NCBI GenBank assembly: GCA_937995985.1
Contig: CALKIR010000023.1
Span: forward strand, 116,466 to 180,465
Direction: 5' to 3'
Length of the DNA stretch: 64,000 nucleotides
Origin: an uncultured Alcaligenaceae bacterium
Lineage (GTDB): Bacteria; Pseudomonadota; Gammaproteobacteria; Burkholderiales; Burkholderiaceae_B
The notes beneath the pieces were generated by a model, which was not told the origin of the DNA, searched no databases, and worked only from the letters and a program-made list of their open reading frames with translations. Both the position numbers and the translations under genes were made by a program. Below are positions 53,828 to 64,000 of the stretch, in pieces. Positions within the stretch are counted from its first letter, which is position 1. Each line of letters begins with the position of its first letter.

Positions 53828-55684
53828 ATGAGAGGTTGGTTTTTTGGGCTCTTATTGGTAGTTTTTGCCAGTTTGCCACTGTGGTCAGGGATGCCAGAGT
53901 TTTGGATTACTCAGCTTAATTATATTGGGCTCAGTAGTTTGGTTGTGCTCGGGTTAGTAGTATTGACCGGAGTTGCAGGATTGACCTCTTTTGGCCAAGC
54001 TGCCTTTGTGGGCATTGGGGCCTATACGACAGCGTGGCTCAGTACGCATATGGGTTGGTCTCCGTGGGCAGGGTTAATCGTGGCTGTGCTACTTACCTGT
54101 GTATGTGCTTTTGTAATAGGCGCCATTACGATGCGGTTATCGGGGCATTATTTACCATTGGGTACGTTGGCATGGGCACTATCCATTTATTATTTATTCG
54201 GTAATTTGGCCTTTTTAGGGCAGCATGATGGGATTTCAGGTATTCCCGCCATAGAACTATGGGGTATTTCTTTTGGGCGCGGACGCTCTATGTATTATCT
54301 CATTTGGATAGCTGTATTGCTGGCTATGTGGGCTACCTATAATTTGATGCATTCGCGTCCCGGACGGGCCATTCGGGCTTTGCGCCAGCGGGAGGCATTG
54401 GCTGAGTCCTTTGGCATTCATACCACGCGTTACAAGATAATAGTATTTGTTTATGCGGCGCTCTTAGCTTGTTTATCGGGTTGGCTGTATGCGCATATGC
54501 AGCGTGCAGTCAGCCCCAGTCCATTTGGGCTCAATTATGGCATTGAGTACTTATTTATGGCCGTTATCGGAGGGGCCTCAAGTGTTTGGGGGGCGGTGTT
54601 AGGCTCAAGTGTGATTTTGATTATTAAAGATCGACTGCAAAATATTCTGCCCTTATTCCTCGATGACACTATTAACGCTGAGCTCATCGTCTTTGGAATT
54701 TTGATGATTTTGATTTTGCACTATGCCAGCCAAGGGTTATGGCCACTTCTTGCTCAAGGCTGGGCATTTATTTGGCAGCGTTTGGGCGGGCGTCCAGTGA
54801 CCGATGCACAGCGCTACCCTGCTTTGCAGCTGGGCTTTCTTGATGAGCATAGCGCAGCAGAGGCAGCCTCAGACAAGGAGTCTGTAGGCTTAGTACAGAG
54901 GGCTTTACCAGAGAAAAATACAACAGTACTGGAATTAATTCAGTTACGTAAAGAGTTCGGAGGGCTGGTTGCTGTTAATGATTTGAGCTTTAGTATCAAG
55001 GCAGGTGAAATAGTGGGGCTCATAGGGCCCAATGGGGCAGGGAAAAGCACCTGTTTTAATTTGATCACAGGGGCAGTAAAACGGACTGCTGGTCAAGTAC
55101 GTTTTTTAGGCCAGGACATACAAGATTTACCAGCGCGCCACATTGCTCAACTTGGGATTAGCCGCAGCTTTCAACATGTGCAGTTGGCACCCAATATGAC
55201 CGTATTAGAAAATGTTGCTCTAGGCGCCCATTTGCGCGAGTCTGCAGGGGTGCTGCGGGCGTTTATTCATGCTGAGCGCGCTGCTGAAGGGCGTTTATTG
55301 CATGAGGCGCGCCGTCAGCTCAAGCGTGTGGGCTTACTTGAATTACAGTATGAGTCTGCTGGGCGCTTGGCTTTGGGGCAGCAGCGCATTTTGGAAATTG
55401 CACGGGCATTGGCCAGCGATCCTATTTTATTAATGCTTGATGAGCCAGCAGCGGGGTTACGCTACAAGGAAAAACAAGACTTGGCGCATGTCTTACGGCA
55501 GTTAAGCAATGAAGGGGTCAGCATTTTATTGGTAGAGCATGACATGGAGTTTGTTATGGGGCTGACCGATCATATTGTTGTGATGAATTTTGGCACTAAG
55601 CTTGCAGAAGGCACCCCACAAAGCATTCAAACTAATCCAGATGTTTTAGATGCTTATTTAGGCGGGGTGCTGGAAACAGTTTGA
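53828..55684 (+). CDS. fused LivM-like permease / LivG-like ATPase
   Basis: The N-terminal ~330 aa are polytopic (LTSFGQAAFVGIGAY). The C-terminal ABC domain carries GPNGAGKST and LLMLDEP. It is a single 618-aa frame. Confidence 0.9.
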   Translation: MRGWFFGLLLVVFASLPLWSGMPEFWITQLNYIGLSSLVVLGLVVLTGVAGLTSFGQAAFVGIGAYTTAWLSTHMGWSPWAGLIVAVLLTCVCAFVIGAITMRLSGHYLPLGTLAWALSIYYLFGNLAFLGQHDGISGIPAIELWGISFGRGRSMYYLIWIAVLLAMWATYNLMHSRPGRAIRALRQREALAESFGIHTTRYKIIVFVYAALLACLSGWLYAHMQRAVSPSPFGLNYGIEYLFMAVIGGASSVWGAVLGSSVILIIKDRLQNILPLFLDDTINAELIVFGILMILILHYASQGLWPLLAQGWAFIWQRLGGRPVTDAQRYPALQLGFLDEHSAAEAASDKESVGLVQRALPEKNTTVLELIQLRKEFGGLVAVNDLSFSIKAGEIVGLIGPNGAGKSTCFNLITGAVKRTAGQVRFLGQDIQDLPARHIAQLGISRSFQHVQLAPNMTVLENVALGAHLRESAGVLRAFIHAERAAEGRLLHEARRQLKRVGLLELQYESAGRLALGQQRILEIARALASDPILLMLDEPAAGLRYKEKQDLAHVLRQLSNEGVSILLVEHDMEFVMGLTDHIVVMNFGTKLAEGTPQSIQTNPDVLDAYLGGVLETV

Positions 55685-55706
55685 GGCCTCTTTTTTGGTA
55701 AAAACT

Positions 55707-56510
55707 ATGAGCAAGGAAATACACTCCCTGACAGCAGAGAGGGCAGGTGAGGAGAGGAATTCTTCGGATTTGATCACGGTGCAGGACTTAAGAGTTCAGT
55801 ACGGTTCTGTGCCTGCCTTAAATTGCACAGAGTTGCGCGTCCCTCAGGGCGCTATCGTGACAGTAATTGGTGCAAACGGGGCGGGAAAATCAACTCTGCT
55901 GAATGCCATGATGGGCAATTTGCCGCCTAATGGACAGGTTCATGGTGCTATTCATTACAAAGAGGCACAGATTGGCCATTGGTCAGTTGAACAGCGAGTC
56001 GCTCAGGGATTGTGTTTGGTGCCAGAAAGTAGAGAGTTATTTGCCAGCATGACGGTTGAAGACAATCTTCTTTTGGGGGGCTTTCGTTTATATCGTCAGC
56101 GGGTTTCAGGCTGGCGTCATACTTTGAGCGATATATTTGAATTGTTTCCCCGTCTTTATGAGCGGAGACGTCAGTTGGCGGGTACCTTATCAGGAGGGGA
56201 GCGACAAATGCTGGCTTTGGGGCGTGCTTTAATGGCGCAGCCCAGCCTCTTGATGCTTGATGAGCCCAGTTTAGGGTTGGCGCCATTAATTGTACGTGAG
56301 ATTTTTCAAACCATTGTGCAACTAAGGGCCCGTGGGGTATCTATTTTATTGGTTGAGCAAAATGCCCGTGCAGCATTGCACATTGCTGATTATGGTTATG
56401 TGTTAGAAACAGGCGCCGTGGTCTTACAAGGAGCGGCAGATCAATTGGCAAATGATCCGCGGGTAATAGAGAGTTATTTAGGTTTTGGCACCAAGCAACC
56501 CTCCCTGTAG
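55707..56510 (+). CDS. ABC transporter ATP-binding protein (LivF-like)
   Basis: Walker A GANGAGKST, signature LSGGERQML and Walker B LLMLDEP. The TTG at 55695 is an alternative start. Confidence 0.9.
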   Translation: MSKEIHSLTAERAGEERNSSDLITVQDLRVQYGSVPALNCTELRVPQGAIVTVIGANGAGKSTLLNAMMGNLPPNGQVHGAIHYKEAQIGHWSVEQRVAQGLCLVPESRELFASMTVEDNLLLGGFRLYRQRVSGWRHTLSDIFELFPRLYERRRQLAGTLSGGERQMLALGRALMAQPSLLMLDEPSLGLAPLIVREIFQTIVQLRARGVSILLVEQNARAALHIADYGYVLETGAVVLQGAADQLANDPRVIESYLGFGTKQPSL

Positions 56511-56527
56511 GCGATATGGTGAGGGCG

Positions 56528-57163
56528 CTACCGTTTTTTATCTGGATATTGGCACAGATCAGAGATGCCACATTCTTTGCATTTAGGAGCCCGTGCGGTA
56601 CAAATATAGCGGCCATGCAAGATGAGCCAGTGATGCGCGTCCTTTAAATAGGGACTCGGAATGACTTCTAATAATTTCTTTTCAACTTGAAGGACATTTT
56701 TGCCTGGGGCCAATCCTGTGCGATTTGATACTCTAAAAATGTGAGTGTCTACAGCAATAGTGGGCTTTCCAAAAGCGGTATTCAGAACTACATTCGCTGT
56801 TTTTCTACCTACTCCAGGCAGAGCTTCAAGCTCTTTGCGCGTAGTCGGCACCTGTCCCTGGTGTTGCTCCAGTAAAATTTCGCAGGTACGTATCACATAT
56901 TTAGCTTTATTCCTATAGAGGCCAATAGTTTTGATGCATTCACGAAGGCCGTCTTCGCCCAGTTCGAGAATGCCCTGAGGGGTTCCATACTGAGGGAAAA
57001 ACTTACGAGTCGCCTGATTGACGGCCACATCAGTTGTCTGGGCCGATAAAATCACGGCAATCAGGAGTTGAAAGTCACTCTCGTATTCCAGCTCTGTGGT
57101 AGGGTTGGGGTTTGCCGCTTGGAACCGAGCAAACATTTCCTCACGTTGTTGTTCGTTCATCAT
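56528..57163 (-). CDS. nth: endonuclease III
   Basis: HhH-GPD motif (LPGVGRKTANVVL) and a C-terminal Fe-S cluster (CTARAPKCKECGISDLC). Confidence 0.96.
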   Translation of the reverse strand: MMNEQQREEMFARFQAANPNPTTELEYESDFQLLIAVILSAQTTDVAVNQATRKFFPQYGTPQGILELGEDGLRECIKTIGLYRNKAKYVIRTCEILLEQHQGQVPTTRKELEALPGVGRKTANVVLNTAFGKPTIAVDTHIFRVSNRTGLAPGKNVLQVEKKLLEVIPSPYLKDAHHWLILHGRYICTARAPKCKECGISDLCQYPDKKR

Positions 57164-57165
57164 AA

Positions 57166-57804
57166 CTACTTGTTTTGTCGTCGGGCTCGTGCTGCTTGTA
57201 AGGCTGCTTGTATGCGAGCCTGACGCTCTTGAGCGTCAGAGTCAGCCAAGGGGGTAAGCTCAGGTTTGGTGGCCAGCAATCGGGCTGCAGGTGTATCAAG
57301 CGCCTCGCCATGGGTTTGGCTGAGACGAGTTTGACGGCGTTCGTATCGTTGTCGCGCTTGCTGTGCATGCATGGGTGTCCAGTGCATATCTGTAGGCAGC
57401 ATTGTAATGCAGTCTACGGGGCAAGGCGCCACACAAAGTTCGCATCCAGTACAGTACTCAGGGATCACCGTGTGCATGAGTTTATTGGCCCCGGCAATGG
57501 CATCTACAGGGCAGGCTTGGATGCATAGTGTACAGCCAATACAGTGCGTTTCATCAATGACAGCGCGTAATACTGGGCCAAAGCTCCCACACTCAGGATC
57601 AAGGGCAGAAATGGCTTGACCCGTCAACTGGGCTAATTGCTCTATCCCTTTTGGGCCCCCTGGGGGGCAGCGGTTAATGGCTTCGCCTTGAGTGGCAATG
57701 GCTTGTGCATAAGGCAGACAAGCATCATAGCCGCAGCGCGTACACTGCGTCTGCGGTAGGATATCATTGATGGCGTGCACCAGTTGTTCTTTTGCAATGC
57801 TCAT
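57166..57804 (-). CDS. rnfB: RnfB/RsxB-like ferredoxin (orphan; no other rnf genes present)
   Basis: N-terminal CTRCGYDAC cluster plus two 4Fe-4S motifs ([24 protein letters not shown]). It ends 2 nt before nth. The start was trimmed to MSIAKEQ. Confidence 0.8.
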   Translation of the reverse strand: MSIAKEQLVHAINDILPQTQCTRCGYDACLPYAQAIATQGEAINRCPPGGPKGIEQLAQLTGQAISALDPECGSFGPVLRAVIDETHCIGCTLCIQACPVDAIAGANKLMHTVIPEYCTGCELCVAPCPVDCITMLPTDMHWTPMHAQQARQRYERRQTRLSQTHGEALDTPAARLLATKPELTPLADSDAQERQARIQAALQAARARRQNK

Positions 57805-59020
57805 GCTTGGCAATAAAATCACGAATTTGTGGGTAGACAATATTTCTCCAGCGGCGCCCCGAAAATATACCATAATGTCCGCTGCCTTCAATAGTCACCT
57901 GTAGTTTATTGCTGGCGGGAATGCTGCTACATAGCTTTTGGGCAGCATGTGTTTGCCCCTGGCCAGAAATATCGTCTAGCTCGCCCTCTATGGTCAGTAA
58001 GGCGCTGTGCTTTATGGCCCGCAGGTCAACAAAATCACCTTTTATATTCCACAAACCACGGGGCAGTAAATGCTCTTGAAATACCACTTGAATGGTATCT
58101 AAATAAAATTCTGCGGGCATGTCCAATACGGCATTATAGTCGTCATAAAAGCGCTTATGTGCTTCAGCATCATTATCTTGGCCGGTAATGAGGTGTTGGT
58201 AGAAAGCATAATGAGACAGCATGTGGCGGTCTGGGTTCATTGCAATAAAGCCCGCGTGTTGTAAAAAGCCGGGATAAACTCGGCGTCCTGCCCCTGGATA
58301 ACGAGCGGGCACCCGGTGGATTAAATTATTCTCAAACCAACTATAGGGTTTGGTGGTGGCCAGGCGGTTCACTTGGGTTGGGGATTCTCGCGTATCAATA
58401 GGCCCACCCATGAGAATTAAGCTTTTAGGGGGGTGAGGATAGTCATTTTGGGCCATCAAGGAGACGGCTGCCAGTACGGGAACGGTTGGCTGGCAGACCG
58501 CCATAACGTGGGTATGTGGCCCAAGATATTTGATGAAATCTATGATGTATTGGACGTAGTCATTGAGATGAAAGGGACCATCACTGAGGGGCACCATACG
58601 GGCATCGATCCAATCGGTAACGTACACATTATGCGTGCGGAGCATAGTGCGAACGGTATCACGCAATAAGGTCGCATGGTGGCCAGATAAAGGGGCCACA
58701 ATTAATACAGTGGGGTGCTCGTGGGCTTGAGGATGATCACGATCAAAGCGCAGCAAATGACAAAATGGTTTTTTAATACAGGGAGTGATTGTAATGGGGA
58801 CTTCGGTGTCTTCTATAGTGATGCTATGAATATGCCAATCCGGCTTTTCATATTCTTTGCCTAAACGATGCAGCAATTCATAACCTGCGGCCATTTGCTT
58901 AGAAACAGGAGTATAAGCAAAGGGGCTTAGAGGGTGAGAAAAAACACGTGCTCCGGTATCAGAGAAAGAAGCGATAGAGCCAAGAAGTCTGCGCTGCAGT
59001 TCATGTAGGTCATAAAGCAT
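57764..59020 (-). CDS. phaZ: intracellular polyhydroxyalkanoate depolymerase (PhaZ, PHB_depo_C type)
   Basis: The N-terminus [13 protein letters not shown] and about 418 aa of alpha/beta-hydrolase-like sequence match intracellular PHB depolymerases. The start was trimmed from 59083. Confidence 0.8.
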   Translation of the reverse strand: MLYDLHELQRRLLGSIASFSDTGARVFSHPLSPFAYTPVSKQMAAGYELLHRLGKEYEKPDWHIHSITIEDTEVPITITPCIKKPFCHLLRFDRDHPQAHEHPTVLIVAPLSGHHATLLRDTVRTMLRTHNVYVTDWIDARMVPLSDGPFHLNDYVQYIIDFIKYLGPHTHVMAVCQPTVPVLAAVSLMAQNDYPHPPKSLILMGGPIDTRESPTQVNRLATTKPYSWFENNLIHRVPARYPGAGRRVYPGFLQHAGFIAMNPDRHMLSHYAFYQHLITGQDNDAEAHKRFYDDYNAVLDMPAEFYLDTIQVVFQEHLLPRGLWNIKGDFVDLRAIKHSALLTIEGELDDISGQGQTHAAQKLCSSIPASNKLQVTIEGSGHYGIFSGRRWRNIVYPQIRDFIAKHEHCKRTTGARHQ

Positions 59021-59168
59021 AGGAATGATCCCAGTAGTGGTTGTTGTGTGTTTTTGTTGATTTTTGTTATGCGTAAAATTCACTTTTATATAACTTAAGA
59101 TAATTTGTCTATAGTTTTTTTTTAGGGTTTATCAGGAGAGTGGGGGAGATGTGTGGGCGCAGGGCAAT

Positions 59169-59207
59169 AAAATAGGGCCAGTGGGGCTGCAATGGCCCAA
59201 GGCCCTA
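59169..59207 (-). terminator. rho-independent terminator of fdxA
   Basis: On the minus strand: TAGGGCC ... GGCCCTA followed by TTTT, 46 nt after the fdxA stop. Confidence 0.6.
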
Positions 59208-59252
59208 TAAAACGAAGATTGAATAAAGCGGCGGTACAGAAACCGACTTACA

Positions 59253-59576
59253 CTACCGCTCAAGATACTGCAGTTTATTGGGTTTGCCATTCCACTCCTC
59301 AGCATCTGGTAAGGGACCCTTAGAGCGATTGATCATACCAAATACAGGGGATAACTCAGCATTTAACTCAATAAAATGAAGTTGATCCTCTGGCACATCT
59401 TCTTCGGCAAAAATTGCGTTGGCCGGACATTCGGGGATACATACTGCACAGTCAATGCATTCGTCGGGGTCAATAACGAGGAAATTAGGCCCTTCACGGA
59501 AGCAGTCAACGGGGCAGACATCGACGCAGTCGGTGTATTTACATTTAATGCAGTTTTCGGTGACGACATGAGTCAT
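59253..59576 (-). CDS. fdxA: 7Fe ferredoxin (Azotobacter FdxA type)
   Basis: 107 aa starting [26 protein letters not shown], with a second cluster [12 protein letters not shown]. The ORF-track N-terminal extension was discarded. Confidence 0.93.
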   Translation of the reverse strand: MTHVVTENCIKCKYTDCVDVCPVDCFREGPNFLVIDPDECIDCAVCIPECPANAIFAEEDVPEDQLHFIELNAELSPVFGMINRSKGPLPDAEEWNGKPNKLQYLER

Positions 59577-59727
59577 ATTGGCTTGCTCCGGAAAATAAAT
59601 CACCGTATATAGGATACGGTTCACACTAAAATAGACTATATAAAAAGATACAATAGTATGCAGGAAAGGCTATTTTAGCGAAAATACATGAATTACAAGA
59701 ATAAGACCACTGGATCTATAGGAAAAT

Positions 59728-60912
59728 ATGATTATTACCTCTTTGCTAGACACTGACTTATACAAATTTACGATGATGCAGGTAGTATTGCATCATTTTC
59801 CAACCGCACAGGTGCAGTATCGTTTTCAGTGCCGGACGCCTGATGTTGATCTCAGCCCATATTTGGATGAAATTCGCCAAGAGGTTCATGAATTATGTCA
59901 GCTCAAGTTCACCGAGGAAGAGCTCGAGTACTTGGCTGGGCTACGCTTCATGAAAAGTGACTTTATCGATTTTCTGCGTTTATTTCAACTACCTGAGCGT
60001 TGTATCCATATTGGCCCAGGTGATCAAGGAGGCATAAGTATAGAAATAGAGGGGCCTTGGCTTCATACTATTTTATTTGAAATTCCAGTCCTAGCCATTG
60101 TCAACGAGGTTTATTTCCGCAATACCAAGCCGTACCCTCCTCTAGAAGAAGGACGAGCTCGTTTGTTGGCTAAAATGAAGCTTGTGACAGGAGATCCGTC
60201 TCTGGCTGATTTTCGGGTAGCCGAATACGGTACACGACGACGTTTTTCGAAAAAATGGCATGATGAGGTAGTGGCCACCATGAAGGAGCAAATGGGGGTT
60301 CATTTTGCCGGCACAAGTAATGTATGGATGGCGAAAAAGCATGGTGTATTGCCATTGGGCACGATGGCGCATGAGTATTTGCAAGCCTGTCAAGCTTTAG
60401 GCCCACGCTTGCGTGATTCGCAAGTATTTGCGCTTGAAATGTGGGCGCGAGAATATCGTGGGGATTTAGGTATTGCCCTATCGGATGTATATGGCCTCGA
60501 TGCTTTTTTGCGTGATTTTGATATGTACTTTTGCAAGTTGTTTGATGGGGCCCGCCATGATTCTGGTGACCCCTTTGTTTGGGGGGATCGTTTAATTGAG
60601 CATTACAAGAAAAACCGTGTTGACCCACGGAGCAAAACACTTATTTTTTCAGATGCTTTAGATATTCCCAAAGCCATAGAGCTAGCTCATTATTTTGCTG
60701 GGCGTTGTAAAGTGTCATTTGGGATCGGGACTAATTTGACCAATGATTTTGGTCACCAGCCTCTGCAAGTGGTGATCAAAATGGTACGTTGTAATGGACA
60801 GCCAGTAGCCAAAATATCCGATACGCCAGAAAAAACGATGTGCGATGATCCCGCCTATTTATCCTATTTGCGCAAGGTATTTCAGATTCCCGAAGGAGGA
60901 ATGGAGCCTTAA
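59728..60912 (+). CDS. pncB: nicotinate phosphoribosyltransferase
   Basis: 394 aa. The N-terminus [14 protein letters not shown] and the internal GTMAHEY motif are typical of PncB. Confidence 0.93.
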   Translation: MIITSLLDTDLYKFTMMQVVLHHFPTAQVQYRFQCRTPDVDLSPYLDEIRQEVHELCQLKFTEEELEYLAGLRFMKSDFIDFLRLFQLPERCIHIGPGDQGGISIEIEGPWLHTILFEIPVLAIVNEVYFRNTKPYPPLEEGRARLLAKMKLVTGDPSLADFRVAEYGTRRRFSKKWHDEVVATMKEQMGVHFAGTSNVWMAKKHGVLPLGTMAHEYLQACQALGPRLRDSQVFALEMWAREYRGDLGIALSDVYGLDAFLRDFDMYFCKLFDGARHDSGDPFVWGDRLIEHYKKNRVDPRSKTLIFSDALDIPKAIELAHYFAGRCKVSFGIGTNLTNDFGHQPLQVVIKMVRCNGQPVAKISDTPEKTMCDDPAYLSYLRKVFQIPEGGMEP

Positions 60913-60926
60913 GCTGTATCGAGACT

Positions 60927-61436
60927 CTATAGGGCTAATAAAGCCGCTATATTGGCGCCTAACTCATAGGCTGGACGGAGCTGCTCTGGAGTTAGATGTT
61001 TAGGTGCCCAAATTTCAGTCGCAGTTTGAGCGCCTAGCATACATACATAAGGGGGGTAGGCGGCCTCGAGACGCCAGCCGGTACAAATGCGTTGTAATTG
61101 CTTGAGTGCTGCTTGCCCATCGCTGCCAGCGCTGATGATGGCGCCATAGGGGCGCCCATTGAGCTGATCGAATGCCGCATAATAAAAGCGATCAAAAAAA
61201 CTTTTCATTTCGCCGCTTAAACCGCCTAAGTTTTCAGGGGCACAGAAAATAAAGGCGTGGGCAAGGAGTAAATGATCTAAACTCAGTGCTGTGGCAACCG
61301 TGCTGCGTACTTGATGGGTATGAGTGGCCTCAAGTGCCACAAGCGCCTCTTGGGCGCCTTGGTAGGCCGCATGTGCCAACTGTTTACTGGCCCCCGTTCG
61401 TGAATGCCAAATAATTTGTACAGTTCGTTTGGTCAT
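60927..61436 (-). CDS. flavodoxin-like fold protein / NAD(P)H-dependent FMN reductase-like
   Basis: 169 aa with a flavodoxin-type N-terminal loop (VQIIWHSRTGASKQLA). The specific function is not recognisable. Confidence 0.6.
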   Translation of the reverse strand: MTKRTVQIIWHSRTGASKQLAHAAYQGAQEALVALEATHTHQVRSTVATALSLDHLLLAHAFIFCAPENLGGLSGEMKSFFDRFYYAAFDQLNGRPYGAIISAGSDGQAALKQLQRICTGWRLEAAYPPYVCMLGAQTATEIWAPKHLTPEQLRPAYELGANIAALLAL

Positions 61437-61527
61437 AAGTAAATTATTCTGTGGGTAAAATAGGTCATTACAATAACAGTCTAAAATAAAATGTGCAGCA
61501 CACCTATAACCTCATAGATGATTCGTT

Positions 61528-63777
61528 ATGTCACCCACCACATCCACGACTACATTGATGCGCGATGATCAGGAGACGCCTTTTACTGCTCAGTGGTTAC
61601 AAGAGGTGAGCAGGCAGCAGCCGGAGTCTGAGCGCCCTTTATTTATTCAAGCCGTCCAATACGCCGAGCCTTGGTTAGTGGGCACGCGCGCCCGCACAGG
61701 GGAACGCCTAGATGTTCATTGTGCCGCCATGATTCCTATTTTGCAGCAGCTTGGAGCAGATGTGCCCACACAGGCCGCAGCTTTGCTGGCTTATATGCCT
61801 GAGGACAGCGGGGCGGGAGCTCAGCGCGAACAGTTACAGGCGGCCTTTGGCACAGAAATTAATACTTTGGTTCAGGGGACGCGCTCCTTATACCGTATTG
61901 CAGAAATTACTGCCAAAGATCATGACCCGCGTGCCTTAACGGATCAACGCGAAATGAAAAGAAAAATGCTTTTAGCAATGGCAGTAGATTTGCGTATTGT
62001 TTTAATACGCTTGGCTTCTCGATTGCGATCCCTGCGTTGGTTTGCTCAAACGAAACGGTCTTGTCCCATTGATTTTGCCCAAGAAACTATGGAGTTATAT
62101 ACCCCTTTGGCAAATCGATTAGGGATTTGGCAAATCAAGTGGGAATTGGAAGATCTGGCTTTTCGTTTTTTAGAGCCTGATATTTATAAAGATATTGCCC
62201 GTCAACTTGAAGAACGTCGTGTTGAGCGTGAGGCCTTTATAAAGCAAGTAGTAGATAAGCTTTCTGCTGCGTTAACCCAAGCGGGGATTCAGGCTCAGGT
62301 CACGGGGCGGCCCAAGCATATTTACAGTATTTGGAACAAGATGCGCAATAAACAGTTAAATTTTAATCAACTGTATGATTTGCGTGCTTTGCGTGTGATT
62401 GTGGATGATGAGCGCAGTTGTTATTCAAGCTTAGCGTTGATTCACGCTATGTGGACACCGCTGCCAGATGAGTTTGATGATTATATTGCGCGCCCCAAGC
62501 CCAATGGGTATCGTTCTTTGCATACTGTGGTAGCTGATGAGCAGGGACGGAGCTTTGAGGTACAAATACGTACCGCAGAAATGCATCATTTTGCCGAGTA
62601 TGGGATGGCTGCACATTGGCGCTACAAAGAGGCTGGACCCAAGGGGGGGCAAGTTGCAGCGACCGCAGAAGAGCAGAAAATTGCTTGGATGAGGCAATTA
62701 TTGGCTTGGGATAATACTGAGGGGCAAGGAGAGGCACCTACAGCCTCGTTAGCAGAGCGGGAGGAGCTCGCGCGTAAGCGTCCCGAACGTATTTATGTGT
62801 TGACCCCTTTGGCGCGTGTGATTGAGCTGCCTCAGGGCGCGACTCCTATTGATTTTGCTTATTCATTACATACTGATTTAGGGCATCGATGCCGAGGGGC
62901 GCGGGTTGATGGACAGATGGTCCCCTTGAGCACACAATTGCAAACCGGACAGACAGTAGAGATTATTGCTGCTAAATCTGGGGGACCATCACGAGATTGG
63001 TTAAATCCCAATTTGGGCTTTTTGGCGAGTGCTCGTTCACGTGCTAAGGTACGGTCCTGGTTCAATGCAGTAGAGCTGCAAGAGCGCATCAGTCAAGGAC
63101 AGGCTTTAGTAGAAAAGGAGTTGCAGCGTCTGGGGCGTACTGCAGTTAATTTAGAGCAGCTAGCACAGCAATTGGGATTTGCCAAGGCAGATGATTTATA
63201 CGTGGCGGTGGCCAAAGATGAGTATAGTTTGCGCCATATTGAGCAGGCATTTAAGCCCAAGGCTACAGATGAACACAAGGAGGCAGACACCCCTCAAGTG
63301 TCCGATGTGGGGCGGTCAAGCGTGGCACGTACGGGGCGGAGCGGGGTATTAGTGGTGGGGGTAGACTCCTTGTTAACACAGTTGGCTCGCTGTTGCCGTC
63401 CAGCTCCACCAGATAAAATTGTTGGTTTTATTACCAAAGGGCGTGGGGTCTCTATTCACCGCAGCAATTGCTCTTCATTTAAAGGGCTCATGATTAGACA
63501 GCCAGAGCGTGCCATAGAGGTGGCTTGGGGGGATAATATTGGGGATACCGTGTACCCAGTAGACATTCATATTCATGCCCCAGAGCGTGCGCACCTGTTG
63601 CGGGATATTACAGAGGTGTTTGCGCGCCTACGAATTAATGTTATTGGTGTGAATACTCAAAGTCGACGCGCATTAACTCATCTAGTATTTACAGCTGAGG
63701 TAAAAAACGGCAGTGAGATTCAAAAGCTCTTGGCAGCACTTGAGGAAATACCGGGTGTGCAGGCACAGCGACGCTAG
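61528..63777 (+). CDS. relA: GTP pyrophosphokinase, RelA-type long RSH
   Basis: Synthetase motif RPKPNGYRSLHT plus TGS and ACT domains. The N-terminal region lacks a recognisable HD hydrolase dyad, so RelA is more likely than SpoT. Confidence 0.88.
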   Translation: MSPTTSTTTLMRDDQETPFTAQWLQEVSRQQPESERPLFIQAVQYAEPWLVGTRARTGERLDVHCAAMIPILQQLGADVPTQAAALLAYMPEDSGAGAQREQLQAAFGTEINTLVQGTRSLYRIAEITAKDHDPRALTDQREMKRKMLLAMAVDLRIVLIRLASRLRSLRWFAQTKRSCPIDFAQETMELYTPLANRLGIWQIKWELEDLAFRFLEPDIYKDIARQLEERRVEREAFIKQVVDKLSAALTQAGIQAQVTGRPKHIYSIWNKMRNKQLNFNQLYDLRALRVIVDDERSCYSSLALIHAMWTPLPDEFDDYIARPKPNGYRSLHTVVADEQGRSFEVQIRTAEMHHFAEYGMAAHWRYKEAGPKGGQVAATAEEQKIAWMRQLLAWDNTEGQGEAPTASLAEREELARKRPERIYVLTPLARVIELPQGATPIDFAYSLHTDLGHRCRGARVDGQMVPLSTQLQTGQTVEIIAAKSGGPSRDWLNPNLGFLASARSRAKVRSWFNAVELQERISQGQALVEKELQRLGRTAVNLEQLAQQLGFAKADDLYVAVAKDEYSLRHIEQAFKPKATDEHKEADTPQVSDVGRSSVARTGRSGVLVVGVDSLLTQLARCCRPAPPDKIVGFITKGRGVSIHRSNCSSFKGLMIRQPERAIEVAWGDNIGDTVYPVDIHIHAPERAHLLRDITEVFARLRINVIGVNTQSRRALTHLVFTAEVKNGSEIQKLLAALEEIPGVQAQRR

Positions 63778-63853
63778 GCGTATTTACTGCTAAAATGTTG
63801 TGATCTAATGTGCTATTTCACACTTTACGAGAGTTGTTCTTAATTGTTTAATC

Positions 63854-63880
63854 GTTAGGGGTGGGATGATCACCCCTAAC
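63854..63880 (+). terminator. 10-bp perfect hairpin downstream of relA (no U-tract)
   Basis: GTTAGGGGTG-GGATGAT-CACCCCTAAC, then CTTAGCCC. It is terminator-like but lacks a T run. Confidence 0.4.
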
Positions 63881-63903
63881 CTTAGCCCAAAAGGGATAGT
63901 GTT

Positions 63904-64000
63904 TTGAGTTCATATCAGTATCCAGATGCACAAGGTCATTTTGGCCCCTACGGTGGGGCTTTTGTGGCCGAAACTTTGGTTCATGCGCTTGATGAATTGC
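63904..64000 (+). CDS. trpB: tryptophan synthase beta chain (first 32 codons only, runs off-window)
   Basis: The translation (M)[31 protein letters not shown] matches the conserved TrpB N-terminus. The only in-frame start after an upstream TAG is the TTG at 63904, with AAGGGA 8 nt upstream. Confidence 0.7.
   Translation, partial: MSSYQYPDAQGHFGPYGGAFVAETLVHALDEL

Noticed and set aside
53828-55684. The fused LivM-permease/LivG-ATPase gene as a possible novelty.
   Set aside because: This fusion architecture is already commonly annotated in LIV-type ABC systems. It is recorded as a feature only.
59115-59123. Homopolymer tracts as candidate phase-variation switches: T9 upstream of phaZ, plus A8 at 8955-8962, T8 at 8610-8617 and T8 at 20273-20280.
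   Set aside because: The tracts are short. They sit in terminators or UTRs, or encode ordinary Phe/Lys runs in essential genes. There is no evidence of slippage-dependent frame control.

Overview
This looks like an ordinary core-chromosome window from a betaproteobacterium. Gene order and protein N-termini look Burkholderiales / Alcaligenaceae-like, and GC is roughly 50% by eye. Coding density is very high and almost every long ORF has a recognisable housekeeping identity. Contents in order:
- The 3' part of a molybdo-hydroxylase operon (Mo large subunit, 2x[2Fe-2S] small subunit, trihaem cytochrome c), with mocA and xdhC maturation genes.
- qor, tpiA, secG and tRNA-Leu(GAG).
- A Bordetella-type porin and a hotdog thioesterase.
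- The complete nuoA-N complex I operon (14 separate genes), followed by a co-transcribed DUF2818-like membrane protein.
- serB and mfd.
- A five-gene LIV-type ABC importer.
- ispD and ispF.
- An envZ/ompR-type (risAS-like) two-component system.
- An in-frame TsaB-RimI fusion and a family-4-like UDG.
- lplT, then smc, zipA and ligA.
- A Par27-like parvulin, bolA and yciB.
- A second LIV-type importer with a fused permease-ATPase.
- nth, an orphan rnfB-like ferredoxin, an intracellular PHA depolymerase and a 7Fe ferredoxin.
- pncB, a flavodoxin-like protein, relA and the first codons of trpB.

I saw no mobile elements, integrases, CRISPR arrays, prophage, toxin-antitoxin or defence genes. I found no convincing undescribed system. 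The findings below are modest curiosities (gene fusions, degenerate motifs, operon architecture, candidate regulatory sites) and are scored accordingly. Several ORF-track starts were trimmed to downstream start codons that fit RBS position, gene coupling or conserved N-termini.
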